64,000 bases of DNA from Nitrosopumilus sp. GTDB taxonomy: Archaea > Thermoproteota > Nitrososphaeria > Nitrososphaerales > Nitrosopumilaceae. The translations under genes and the position numbers were made by a program. Positions within the stretch are counted from its first letter, which is position 1. Each line of letters opens with the position of its first letter. Shown piece after piece: positions 50,501 through 63,147 of the stretch. The stretch lies in NCBI GenBank assembly GCA_963667665.2, contig OY763927.2, forward strand, positions 480,001 to 544,000. Direction: 5' to 3'. The notes beneath the pieces were generated by a model. That model saw nothing but the letters and a program-made list of their open reading frames with translations, did no database searches and was not told the DNA's origin.

Positions 50501-53500
50501 GACATGTCCGACATGTTCATCTTCGCCTACGACTTCAACGGCAACCTCTCATCCTGGGACGTCTCCTCTGTCACCAACATGAACGAGATGTTCGCAGTCG
50601 CCACCTCCTTCAACGGCGACCTCTCCTCCTGGAACGTCTCGAAGGTGACTGACATGTCCGACATGTTCATCTTCGCCACCTCCTTTAACGGCAACCTCTC
50701 CTCATGGGACGTCTCGGCAGTGACTGACATGTCCAGCATGTTCGATGGCACCACCGCCTTCAACGGCGACCTCTCCTCCTGGGACGTCTCGTCCGTCACC
50801 GACATGAACAACATGTTCTATTACGACACCTCCTTCAACCAGCCCCTCAACGACTGGGACGTCTCCTCGGTCACGGAAATGGACGGCATGTTCTTCCATA
50901 CCCCCTCCTTCACCCAGAACCTCGGGAACTGGTACGTGACGCTGGATCCGGACACCATAGCAGACACTGGCATACCAGGTGTGGTCGGGACTATATCGGC
51001 ACAGAACCAACCGCTCAAAAACCACTCCCCGACATACGTAATTGTAGACGGCTTGGACAAGAACCACTTTGAGATAGTCCCTGGAAATCAACTCAACATG
51101 ATATCCGGCGTCTCTGGAAAGGCCGAGTACAGCGTCAACGTGACTGCCTCGGGTTCAAACGTCTTTGAGGACGGTAACAACTGGCGCGTCTTGGTAGTCA
51201 AGGTGTCCGGCGACATCAACGCTCCCCCAGTGCTGAATATCATCGATGACCAGACTGTGAACGAATTTGTAGAGCTCACCTTTACTGCCACTGCATCTGA
51301 CGATGACTCTTTGACATTCTCATTTGATGGAACATTCCCATCAGGTGCTGCCATCACAGATGATGGTAATTTCACGTGGACTCCGACTGAGTTGCAGGAC
51401 GGAGACCACACCATAACGGTTCAGGTGACAGACGGCAGCCTGACAGATTCTGAGACGTTGACGGTGACTGTAAACGAGGTCAACGTGGCTCCGGTGCTGA
51501 ATGCCATCGGTGACAAGGGCACAAGCGAACTTGTAGAGCTCACCTTTACTGCCACAGCCTCAGATACCGATGTGGTGGACAATGTCGTTAACACTTTGAC
51601 ATTCTCATTTGATGGAACATTCCCACTAGGTGCTGCCATCACAGATGATGGTAATTTCACGTGGACTCCGACTGAGTCGCAGGACGGAGACCACACCATA
51701 ACGGTTCAGGTGACAGACGGCAGCCTGACAGATTCTGAGACGTTGACGGTGACTGTAAACGAGGTCAATGTGGCTCCGGTGCTAAATACCATCGATGACC
51801 AGACTGTGAACGAATTTGTAGAGCTCACCTTTACTGCCACTGCATCTGACGATGACTCTTTGACATTCTCATTTGATGGAACATTCCCATCAGGTGCTGC
51901 CATCACAGATGATGGTAATTTCACGTGGACTCCGACTGAGTCGCAGGACGGAGACCACACCATAACGGTTCAGGTGACAGACGGCAGCCTGACAGATTCT
52001 GAGACGTTGACGGTGACTGTAAACGAGGCACGTGGCTCATCGGGCTGAATGCCATCGGTGACAAGGGCACAAGCGAACTTGTAGAGCTGATGCCACAAAT
52101 TCAGCACAGACTGATGGTCAGCACCAACGAGGCACTTTGCGTGAATTGATCAGGTGGCCATGACCCGACTGAGTCGCAGGACGGAGACCACGACGGTTCA
52201 GGTGACAGACGGCTCCGGTGCCTGAATTCTGAGGCACGTTGACGGTGACTGTCAGGTGCTGCCAGGCTCACAGTGCTGAACTGTAATTTGTAGAGCTCAC
52301 CTTTACCACTGCAGTGACTCTTTGACATTCTCATCACCATCAGGTGCTGCCATCACAGATGTGGTAATTTCAGGTCGCAGGACGGAGATGTTCACACCAT
52401 AACGGTTCAGGTGACAGACGGCAGCCTGACAGATTCTGAGACGTTGACGGTGACTGTAAACGAGGTCAATGTTTGCTGAACCTCCTTCCGGGCACCTCTC
52501 CTTGTAGAGCTCACCATGACTGACATGACTGTTCATTCTCATTTGATGGAACATTCCCAGCCCTCACCTGGTAATTTCACGTGCCACTGAGTCGCATCTG
52601 ACGGAGATGATCTTCAGACGGCCCCTCGGTGACTGATGGGACGTCTTCGTCCAATGAGTGGCCGGTGCTACCATACCAGGTGATGACCAGACTGTGAACG
52701 AATGATCCACGTGCATCTGGTCTTTGACATTCTCATTGATGGAACATTCCCATCAGGTGCTGGCATCACAGGTGATGGTAATTTCACGTGGACTCCGACT
52801 GAGTCGCAGGACGGAGACCACACCATAACGGTTCAGGTGACAGACGGCAGCCTGACAGATTCTGAGACGTTGACGGTGACTGTAAACGAGGTCAACGTGG
52901 CTCCGGTGCTGAATGCCATCGGTGACAAGGGCACAAGCGAACTTGTAGAGCTCACCTTTACTGCCACAGCCTGACAGATACCGATGTGGTGGACACACTT
53001 TGGTGTGTCGTTAACACTTTGACATTCTCATTTGATGGAACATTCCCATCAGGTGCTGCCATCACAGATGATGGTAATTTCACGTGGACTCCGACTGAGT
53101 CGCAGGACGGAGACCACACCATAACGGTTCAGGTGACAGACGGCAGCCTGACAGATTCTGAGACGTTGACGGTGACGGTGAAAGATACCACAGCACCTGT
53201 CACCACACTCCCGGCAGATGCGTTTATCACCACATGGAGGACCGACTCTGCCAACCAGACGATCACCATCCCTGTGGGCGGCTCTACTGCCAGATACAGC
53301 ATAGACTGGGGCGATAACAGCCCCGCCGAGACGGACATCACTGGTGACAGTACACACACCTATCGTGAGGCGGACAGCTACACCGTCTCCATATCAGGCG
53401 GCCTTGAGAGGATTTACCTTGACGGTCAGCAACCCAACGCAGGCAGGCTGGCATCAATCGAGCAGTGGGGCGACACGAGATGGACCACCATGGATGCTGC

Positions 53501-56010
53501 GTTTTACGGGGCCCGCAACATGGTCTACAACGCAGCCGACTCTCCAGACCTCTCCACAGTCACCGACATGTCCGGCATGTTCGGTGACGCCATCGCCTTC
53601 AACGGCGACCTCTCCTCCTGGGACGTCTCGAAGGTGACTGACATGTCTGACATGTTCATCTTCGCCTACGACTTCAACGGCAACCTCTCATCCTGGGACG
53701 TCTCCTCTGTCACCAACATGAACGAGATGTTCGCAGTCGCCACCTCCTTCAACGGCGACCTCTCCTCCTGGGACGTCTCGAAGGTGACTGACATGTCCGA
53801 CATGTTCATCTTCGCCACCTCCTTTAACGGGACCTCTCCTCATGGGACGTCTCGGCAGTGACTGACATGTCCAGCATGTTCGATGGCACCACCGCCTTCA
53901 ACGGCGACCTCTCCTCCTGGGACGTCTCGTCCGTCACCGACATGAACAACATGTTCTATTACGACACCTCCTTCAACCAGCCCCTCAACGACTGGGACGT
54001 CTCCTCGGTCACGGAAATGGACGGCATGTTCTTCCATACCCCCTCCTTCACCCAGAACCTCGGGAACTGGTACGTGACGCTGGATCCGGACACCATAGCA
54101 GACACGCATACCAGGTGTGGTCGGGACTATATCGGCACAGAACCAACCGCTCAAAAACCACTCCCCGACATACGTAATTGTAGACGGCTTGGACAAGAAC
54201 CACTTTGAGATAGTCCCTGGAAATCAACTCAACATGATATCCGGCGTCTCTGGAAAGGCCGAGTACAGCGTCAACGTGACTGCCTCGGGTTCAAACGTCT
54301 TTGAGGACGGTAACAACTGGCGCGTCACAAGGTGTCCGGCGACATCAACGCTCCCCCAGTGCTGAATATCATCGATGACCAGACTGTGAACGAATTTGTA
54401 GAGCTCACCTTTACTGCCACTGCATCTGACGATGACTCTTTGACATTCTCATTTGATGGAACATTCCCATCAGGTGCTGCCATCACAGATGATGGTAATT
54501 TCACGTGGACCCCGACTGAGTTGCAGGACGGAGACCACACCATAACGGTTCAGGTGACAGACGGCAGCCTGACAGATTCTGAGACGTTGACGGTGACTGT
54601 AAACGAGGTCAACGTGGCTCCGGTGCTGAATGCCATCGGTGACAAGGGCACAAGCGAACTTGTAGAGCTCACCTTTACTGCCACAGCCTCAGATACCGAT
54701 GTGGTGGACAATGTCGTTAACACTTTGACATTCTCATTTGATGGAACATTCCCATCAGGTGCTGCCATCACAGATGATGGTAATTTCACGTGGACTCCGA
54801 CTGAGTCGCAGGACGGAGACCACACCATAACGGTTCAGGTGACAGACGGCAGCCTGACAGATTCTGAGACGTTGACGGTGACGGTGCTCCGGTGATACCA
54901 TCGATGACCAGACTGTGAACGAATTTGTAGAGCTCACCTTTACTGCCCGACGATGACTCTTTGACATTCTCATTTGATGGAACACCATCAGGTGCTGCCA
55001 TCACAGATGGACCGTGGAGACTGTGCAACGGAGACCACACCATAACGGTTTTGTGACAGACGGAGCTCACTTTACTGCCACTAACATCTGACGCCACAGC
55101 CTCAGATACCGATGACTCTTTTAACACTTTGACATTCTCATTTGATGGAACACACAGGTGCTGCCATCCCACTCACGGTGCTGCCATCACAGATGATGGT
55201 CAATTTCACGTGGATGCATGTTGGCAGGTATTAAGGACTACATGTGTGCGTAATTTCACGTGGAGTGGGGCTCCTGACATGACCTCATGGTGCTGCCATA
55301 CGGATGAGCCCGCAACATGGTACGACTGAGTCGCAGGACGGAGACCACACCATAACGGTTCAGGATGACAGACGGCAGCCTGACAGATTCTGAGACGTTG
55401 ACGGTGACTGTCAAATGAGGTCAACGTGGCTCCGGTGCTGAATGCCATCGGTGACAAGGGCACTGTGAAGCAAACTTGTAGAGCTCACCTTTACTGCCAC
55501 CGATGTGGTGGACACTGTCGTTAACACTTTGACATTCTCATTTGATGGAACATTCCCATCAGGTGCTGCCATCACAGATGATGGTAATTTCACGTGGACT
55601 CCGACTGAGTCGCAGGACGGAGACCACACCATAACGGTTCAGGTGACAGACGGCAGCCTGACATACACGTGGATTCTGAACGAGATGAATGCCATCGGTG
55701 ACATTTGTAGAGCTCAGGGCACAAGCGAACTTGTAGACTGAGTCGCAGGACACCTTTACTGACACAGCCTCAGATGAGACGTTGACGATGACTGTGGTGG
55801 ACAATGTGACAAGGGCACAAGCGAACTTGTACACTTTGACAGCCTCTCATGTTGGATGTCGAACACTTCCCACTAGGTGCTGCCATCACAGATGATGGTA
55901 ATTTCACGTGGACTCCGACTGAGTCGCAGGACGGAGACCACACCATAACGGTTCAGGTGACAGACGGCAGCCTGACAGATTCTGAGACGTTGACGGTGAC
56001 GGTGAAAGAT
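46780..56010 (+). repeat. near-identical alternating Ig/cadherin-like stalk repeats plus repeated LRR module
   Basis: Two alternating units (NTIDDQTVNEF / NAIGDKGTSEL); identical LRR module starts at about 50083, 53220 and 56044. Confidence 0.9.
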
Positions 56011-59000
56011 ACCACAGCACCTGTCACCACACTCCCGGCAGATGCGTTTATCACCACATGGAGGACCGACTCTGCCAACCAGACGATCACCATCCCTGTG
56101 GGCGGCTCTACTGCCAGATACAGCATAGACTGGGGCGATAACAGCCCCGCCGAGACGGACATCACTGGTGACAGTACACACACCTATCGTGAGGCGGACA
56201 GCTACACCGTCTCCATATCAGGCGGCCTTGAGAGGATTTACCTTGACGGTCAGCAACCCAACGCAGGCAGGCTGGCATCAATCGAGCAGTGGGGCGACAC
56301 GAGATGGACCACCATGGATGCTGCGTTTTACGGGGCCCGCAACATGGTCTACAACGCAGCCGACTCTCCAGACCTCTCCACAGTCACCGACATGTCCGGC
56401 ATGTTCGGTGACGCCATCGCCTTCAACGGCGACCTCTCCTCCTGGGACGTCTCGAAGGTGACTGACATGTCTGACATGTTCATCTTCGCCTACGACTTCA
56501 ACGGCAACCTCTCATCCTGGGACGTCTCCTCTGTCACCAACATGAACGAGATGTTCGCAGTCGCCACCTCCTTCAACGGCGACCTCTCCTCCTGGGACGT
56601 CTCGAAGGTGACTGACATGTCCGACATGTTCATCTTCGCCACCTCCTTTAACGGCAACCTCTCCTCATGGGACGTCTCGGCAGTGACTGACATGTCCAGC
56701 ATGTTCGATGGCACCACCGCCTTCAACGGCGACCTCTCCTCCTGGGACGTCTCGTCCGTCACCGACATGAACAACATGTTCTATTACGACACCTCCTTCA
56801 ACCAGCCCCTCAACGACTGGGACGTCTCCTCGGTCACGGAAATGGACGGCATGTTCTTCCATACCCCCTCCTTCACCCAGAACCTCGGGAACTGGTATGT
56901 CGTGGCAAACGCCACCTCGATTGCAAGGGCGGACGTGCCGGGGGTGGTGGCAGAGATCTCCGCGCAGAACGACCACCTCAATGGTCACAACCCGACGTAC
57001 GGTATCAGCAGTGACAACGATTATGCCTTCTTTGAGATCGTGAACGGCAACAAGATAAACATGACTTCAGTTGGGACAAAGTCCTCCTATATGGTTAATG
57101 TGACTGCCTCGGGTTCAAACGTCTTTGAGGACGGAAATAATTGGAGACTGCTGGAGATTAAAGTTACAGGTTAAACAACTGATACCACACCACCTGTTAT
57201 AAAACTTGAAGGTTCCAGTCTTGTAACGATCACGGTAGACGATACTTATACGGAACAGGGTGCTACATGTGAAGACAATGTGGATGCTGACAAGCCAGCC
57301 ACAGTGGGCGGTGATACTGTCGATACCAGCACTGCCGGACAATACACTGTAACATACGACTGTACGGATTCATCAAACAATGAGGCGACACAGGTGTCAA
57401 GAACTGTGAATGTACAGTCAGAATCTGACACCGACGCACCTGTCATAATAATTACTGGTTTAACAAACATTCAACTCACGGTAGACGAGACTTATACGGA
57501 ACAGGGTGCTACATGTGAAGACAATGTGGATGCTGACAAGCCAGCCACAGTGGGCGGTGATACTGTCGATACCAGCACTGCCGGACAATACACAGTAACA
57601 TACGACTGTACGGATTCATCAAACAATGAGGCGACACAGGTGTCAAGAACTGTGAATGTACAGTCAGCACCTGACACCGACGCACCAGTCATAATAATTA
57701 CAGGCTCTGCAAACATTCAACTCACGGTAGACGAGACTTATACGGAACAGGGTGCTACATGTGAAGACAATGTGGATGCTGACAAGCCAGCCACAGTGGG
57801 CGGTGATACTGTCGATACCAGCACTGCCGGACAATACACTGTAACATACGACTGTACGGATACATCAAACAATGAGGCGACACAGGTGTCAAGAACTGTG
57901 AATGTAGTCAGCACCTGACACCGATGCACCTGTCATAATGCTTACTGGTTTAACAAACATTCAACTCACGGTAGACGAGACTTATACGGAACTAGGTGCT
58001 ACATGTGAAGACAATGTGGATGCTGACAAGCCAGCCACAGTGGGCGGTGATACTGTCGATACCAGCACGGTTGGACAATACACTGTAACATACGACTGTA
58101 CAGATACATCAAACAATGAGGCGACACAGGTGTCAAGAACTGTGAATGTACAGACGGCAGTAACACCTGTCACCACACTCCTGGCAGATGCGTTTATCAC
58201 CACATGGAGGACCGACTCTGCCAACCAGACGATCACCATCCCTGTGGGCGGCTCTACTGCCAGATACAGCATAGACTGGGGCGATAACAGCCCCGCCGAG
58301 ACGGACATCACTGGTGACAGTACACACACCTATCGTGAGGCGGACAGCTACACCGTCTCCATATCAGGCGGCCTTGAGAGGATTTACCTTAATGGTCAGC
58401 AACCCAACGCAGGCAGGCTGGCATCAATCGAGCAGTGGGGCGACACGAGATGGACCACCATGGATGCTGCGTTTGACGGGGCGACCAATATGGTGTACCG
58501 CGCAACCGACACGCCGGATCTGTCGGGAGTCACAGACATGCACCGCATGTTCGGAGACGCCTACGTCTTCAACGGCGGCCTCTCCTCCTGGGACGTCTCG
58601 AAGGTGACTGACATGTCCGACATGTTCATCTTCGCCTACGACTTCAACGGCGACCTCTCATCCTGGGACGTCTCCTCTGTCACCAACATGAACGAGATGT
58701 TCGCAGTCGCCACCTCCTTCAACGGCGACCTCTCCTCCTGGGACGTCTCGAAGGTGACTGACATGTCCGACATGTTCATCTTCGCCTACGACTTCAACGG
58801 CAACCTCTCATCCTGGGACGTCTCGTCCGTCACCGACATGAACGACATGTTCTATTACGCCACCGCCTTCAACCAACCCCTCAACGCCTGGGATGTCTCG
58901 TCTGTCACCGACATGTTCAGCATGTTTTTCTATACCCCCTCCTTCACCCAGAACCTCGGGAACTGGTATGTCGTGGCAAACGCCACCTCGATTGCAAGGG

Positions 59001-60823
59001 CGGACGTGCCAGGGGTGGTGGCAGAGATCTCCGCGCAGAACGACCACCTCAATGGCCACAACCCGACGTACGGTATCAGCAGGGACAACGATTATGCCTT
59101 CTTTGAGATCGTGAACGGCAACAAGATAAACATGACTTCAGTTGGGACAAAGTCCTCCTATATGGTTAATGTGACTGCCTCGGGTTCAAACGTCTTTGAG
59201 GACGGAAATAATTGGCGCATGCTGGTAGTCAGGGTGCCTGGCGACAACAACGCCGACCTTGGCGGCCTGACGATCAGTTCTGGCACGCTGAGCCCGCAGT
59301 TTTCCAGCTCTGACATCACGTATACTGCCAGCGTGGATAACTCTGTCACCCAGGTGACAGTCACCCCCACTGCCAGCGACAGCTCGGCTACAATAGCAGT
59401 CAACGGCAACACCGTGACCAGCGGCACTGGCTACATCGTCACCGGCCTAACTGTGGGCACCACCACCGTCACGGTAATAGTTACTGCCCAGGACTCTACG
59501 ACTAAGACCTACACCATTACTGTTACCGTGCGCGATGTGCCCATAACGGTATCGTCTGCCGCGTACAACCCCGGCAATGGACAGCTGACGATTACATTCA
59601 ACCAAGATATTGCCACCGTCGACTATTCCGGGCTGCACGTGCGCAGCAGCGCAAACCCTGATACTGGCGGCATTACGCTCTCAAGCGTAACAGGTGCAGA
59701 TTACTCGGGCCGTACCATAACTGCAACACTTGACTCTGAACAACAAGATCAGTACGATGCCCTGCAAAGCCCGCATCTTGTTGTTGAGGACGGCGCTGTA
59801 ACAGACACTGACGGTGACCGGACAACAGATGTGCCGCCCCAACCCATAAGGGACGCCTCTCAGAAAGGATCATCATCATCATCCAAGGCATCAATAGTGC
59901 ACATAAACGCGCTGGCACAGTCAAGGCTAGTTGATATTCCACCACACATCGCAGAACAAGTCGAATCCCACGATGCATCTGACCCGCTGGAACCTATCAC
60001 ACCTGATGGCACATTTGACCTTCCGCTTGTGATAAACGGCTACGGCTACCTGCTTGATGCTTATGAAAACACATTAATACCTCAGACTGTCACGGCAGGG
60101 GACAATCCAGTACATATCACGTTTACCGTATACACAGAGAAGGAGTTTGTACACTTTATATTGTATCTTAACTTGCAAGGCAGGAACACAAATTATGCGG
60201 ACAGCGACACATACATCACGTACAAAGACGACGGTACAACCAGTATCACTGACCCGCACGGATACATCGGCAGTGCCACAGTTACTGTAACACAGGAGGA
60301 CGACTCGATACCTGAAAAGAGGACCGTTCGCATAACCATAGAGTTTGGAGAGGAGCCGATGGGCCCCACCAACATGGTCGCATACATGTGGAATACGGAC
60401 AGAGAGGCCTTATTCGTCAAGATAATTGACGCCCTTGAGGTGGTAGCAGCATCGCCGGAATCTGCCATGCAGGCAGCAGACCCCGAACCTCTCGAACCTG
60501 ACTCCGTACTCCCAGCAGACCCCGAACCTGTAACACCGGACTTTGCAGATGATGCCGCAGATCCGGAACCTGTACCCTATGACATACTGGGGCCCGATGA
60601 TTACGATGACACACAGATTCTGCAGATCATACGCATGTGGTCAGGCTTTGAGTCAGAATCCATAACTGATGCGCAACTGCATGAGCTTTTGGGTCTTGAT
60701 GACCATCAGGGCGCCGACATACCGGACTGGATGATGACAGAGCTTGGCGTCCTTGTGGCAAAGGGTACCGTCACAGTCGACGAATTCATGCTGGCGTTAC
60801 AGTACGTGCTTGAGCATGACTGA
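47533..60823 (+). pseudogene. continuation of the same giant gene, broken by many frameshifts and one in-frame stop (assembly artefact or decay)
   Basis: Fragments 50207-52048, 52986-53861, 55849-57174, 57280-57918 and 57938-60823 carry the same domains, no signal peptides; last ends in IPDWM...EF..ALQYV anchor-type motif. Confidence 0.75.
57232..58150 (+). repeat. four DUF5011-like Ig repeats, 246-bp period
   Basis: YTEQGATCEDNVD...VDTSTAGQYTVTYDCTD...RTVNV at 57232, 57478, 57724, 57968. Confidence 0.88.
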
Positions 60824-60954
60824 CTGTCTGTCACGGAAATGCCTGCACGGTAACTGATCGAGCTCAAAGTGAAAATTAGCGACAATATTCAAAATTGCTC
60901 AATTACACACATCCTCAGAAACATTTAGCCAGTTGATGGAATTGTACCCAAGTT

Positions 60955-61204
60955 TTGACTGACTGCATCCCCAAACTCAAGAGATGTAGTCATGAAAGTG
61001 ATTATGCCGTACTATACAATTACATGTACATGGAGCATCTGCTGTGTCATTCCTGTTGGAATAAGGAAGAACCGGTACGGATAGACACTGACACAGTGAA
61101 GATATTCAGACCCAACCAGATGCGAGCCGTGCTGGTGCATGCATTGCAACACCGATGTCACGGCGCAGAAAAACTGCACAAGATGCTTTCAAGACACCAG
61201 ATGA
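60955..61204 (+). pseudogene. frameshifted third paralog of the Cys-rich Zn proteins at 33889/34158
   Basis: C..DY.VLY..CHSC in frame 1; WCMHCNTDVTAQKNCTRCF* in the +1 frame from 61130. Confidence 0.65.
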
Positions 61205-61469
61205 CCATTTTAGGTTGGGATTCAATCAATGAATCATGAGTATGGATATCTGGGAAAGATCCCAACTAAGATCAGTTAACGCGATGTATCCTGCTGAGGC
61301 GAAAAGTGTGACAGTTATTGGGATGGAGAATTTCTACGTGTCTTCAATACGTATATGCTATCTGGATACATAATAGAGAAAAGTATGATTATCTCGTAAT
61401 CGCGTTTGAACCTGAAACATATTGTTTATGCACTGTTTGTAGGGTGTCTTGTTGACATTTTTTGGTAGA

Positions 61470-61911
61470 CCAGGTCTTTGGATCCGGTCTTTGTTGAGAT
61501 TTTCGAATGGATCCGGTCATTAAACCGGTCTTTGTTGAGATTTTCGAATGGATCCGGTCTTTAGACCGGTCTTTATGTCACCATGTCATGATATTAGCCC
61601 AAAAAGTACCAAAATAGGCTATTTTACCAACATATTTGCCAATCTCAACCCACTTTTTATGATAGATCCGGTCTTTGGCCTTTTTTCGCATTTTACCTTT
61701 CCTCATACTTTTTCGGCTCAATTCCTGATTGGAATTGTTCCAAAGAACTATTATCATTAAGACGAGCATAAGATCTCTTCTTTTGGAAAACTAAAACACG
61801 GTTTTACTGACAATACATATAACATTATCGGAAAAATACGTATATCATATTTAAGTTTCTAGTGACGAGTCTAGTGACGACTGTTCAAAAACAGGTCAAA
61901 ACTCGTCACTA
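61470..61911. repeat. iteron-like direct repeats and inverted repeat in a non-coding region
   Basis: 35-bp repeat at 61484 and 61525; CCGGTC core about 7 times; TAGTGACGAGT/ACTCGTCACTA IR at 61860/61901. Confidence 0.8.
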
Positions 61912-62174
61912 AACGCCCTTTTTTCCAACTTTTTGAAAACATAGTATTTTTTATTTTTCAAAGTTTTGTATTGGGTGTGATAATATCTGCAATTGTAATT
62001 TATCTTACATGTATGTATGATCCAAAACATACCAACAAAGAACCAAAAATATAGGGTTCTGGTCTTTTTTTATAAAATACAATACCTAACACTTGCCATG
62101 TACAGTCAATTCCAAAATCAGTTATAATAATATCTGTAACATCACAATTTTATAAAAATTCCATAAATACAAAA

Positions 62175-62390
62175 ATGAGTCAAAATCTAATATCTTCGTT
62201 TGATGGTGATGATGGCACCCAAAGAATCTGGTATGATATGGATTCGTTGGCTGACGTCACATTAGATGGGGCAAGTAATGCAGTAGGTCTAAGATTGATT
62301 AACGAGGTATCAAAACCAGTCCAGTTCTCACTTGATAATCGCAAGAAAATAAACGAGATTATACAATTCATCAACAAGAGGTTTTCTTAG
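62175..62390 (+). CDS. hypothetical protein
   Basis: TTTTATAAA box upstream; abuts next ORF. Confidence 0.55.
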   Translation: MSQNLISSFDGDDGTQRIWYDMDSLADVTLDGASNAVGLRLINEVSKPVQFSLDNRKKINEIIQFINKRFS

Positions 62391-62780
62391 ATGAGTAAAA
62401 GAATTATCATAAGTTCATCCAGAGTTGATCACATACATTTCAATAAAGACTCTGCAGGACCAGAAAGATTTGTAGTTACAATTGATGTGGATTCCATGAA
62501 AGATATTATTCGTTTAAAATCACAATTACTCAAAGAGAATGACAATTATTCCAAACTTGCACAAATCAAAACAAGACTGGAACATGTCATAAAAGAGAAT
62601 CAAAAAACCCAAAAATCAACTAAAGACAAACTTGATGAAACAGATGATATTCAGATAAAAAACAAGAATGCAGAAATGGATGGTCATCTGTATGATATAC
62701 TTGAAGGTTATCTAGATGAATTAGCAGTAGATGAACAAGAATTGTTATCCATACTAAATAATCCAAAAAACGAAATTTAA
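62391..62780 (+). CDS. hypothetical coiled-coil protein
   Basis: 129 aa, heptad-rich. Confidence 0.6.
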   Translation: MSKRIIISSSRVDHIHFNKDSAGPERFVVTIDVDSMKDIIRLKSQLLKENDNYSKLAQIKTRLEHVIKENQKTQKSTKDKLDETDDIQIKNKNAEMDGHLYDILEGYLDELAVDEQELLSILNNPKNEI

Positions 62781-62798
62781 AATTGAATTATTTCTAAA

Positions 62799-62960
62799 AT
62801 GAAAAAAGATTCCAAACTAGAACCATTCTCACACAAGAGGTATGGATTAATTACTATAATATGTCCCAAATGCCATCAATATCAGGGATGTTATTCAAAA
62901 GACTCTGCACCTCAAAGCAGAAACTGTCTAAAGTGTAACATTGAGATAGAGTTACGATAA
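62799..62960 (+). CDS. Zn-ribbon micro-protein
   Basis: Hand translation ...ICPKCHQ...NCLKCNIEIELR*. Confidence 0.55.
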   Translation: MKKDSKLEPFSHKRYGLITIICPKCHQYQGCYSKDSAPQSRNCLKCNIEIELR

Positions 62961-63147
62961 ATGGAAATAAAAGAATATCAAATTTTACTCTTTAACAGAT
63001 TAATCCAAGTGATGCGTAAAGGAGCAGATGTATAATGAATGGAGATACAAAAACAAAGATGATTGGTTTGTTATGGAATGATGATGTTACTGATAAAGAA
63101 TGTCACATGTTGTTTGACATACTTTGTAAAATCATACCTTCAAAACA

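Noticed and set aside
38990-58967. Diversity-generating retroelement as the source of LRR variation
   Set aside because: No reverse transcriptase or template repeat in the window, and differences between repeats are not confined to adenines
37290-60614. Dozens of minus-strand and alternate-frame ORFs over the giant gene
   Set aside because: Shadow ORFs caused by GC-rich, repetitive codon structure; they carry no independent motifs
61548-61769. Two short ORFs from the track
   Set aside because: They overlap the repeat cluster on opposite strands and have atypical composition; likely non-coding
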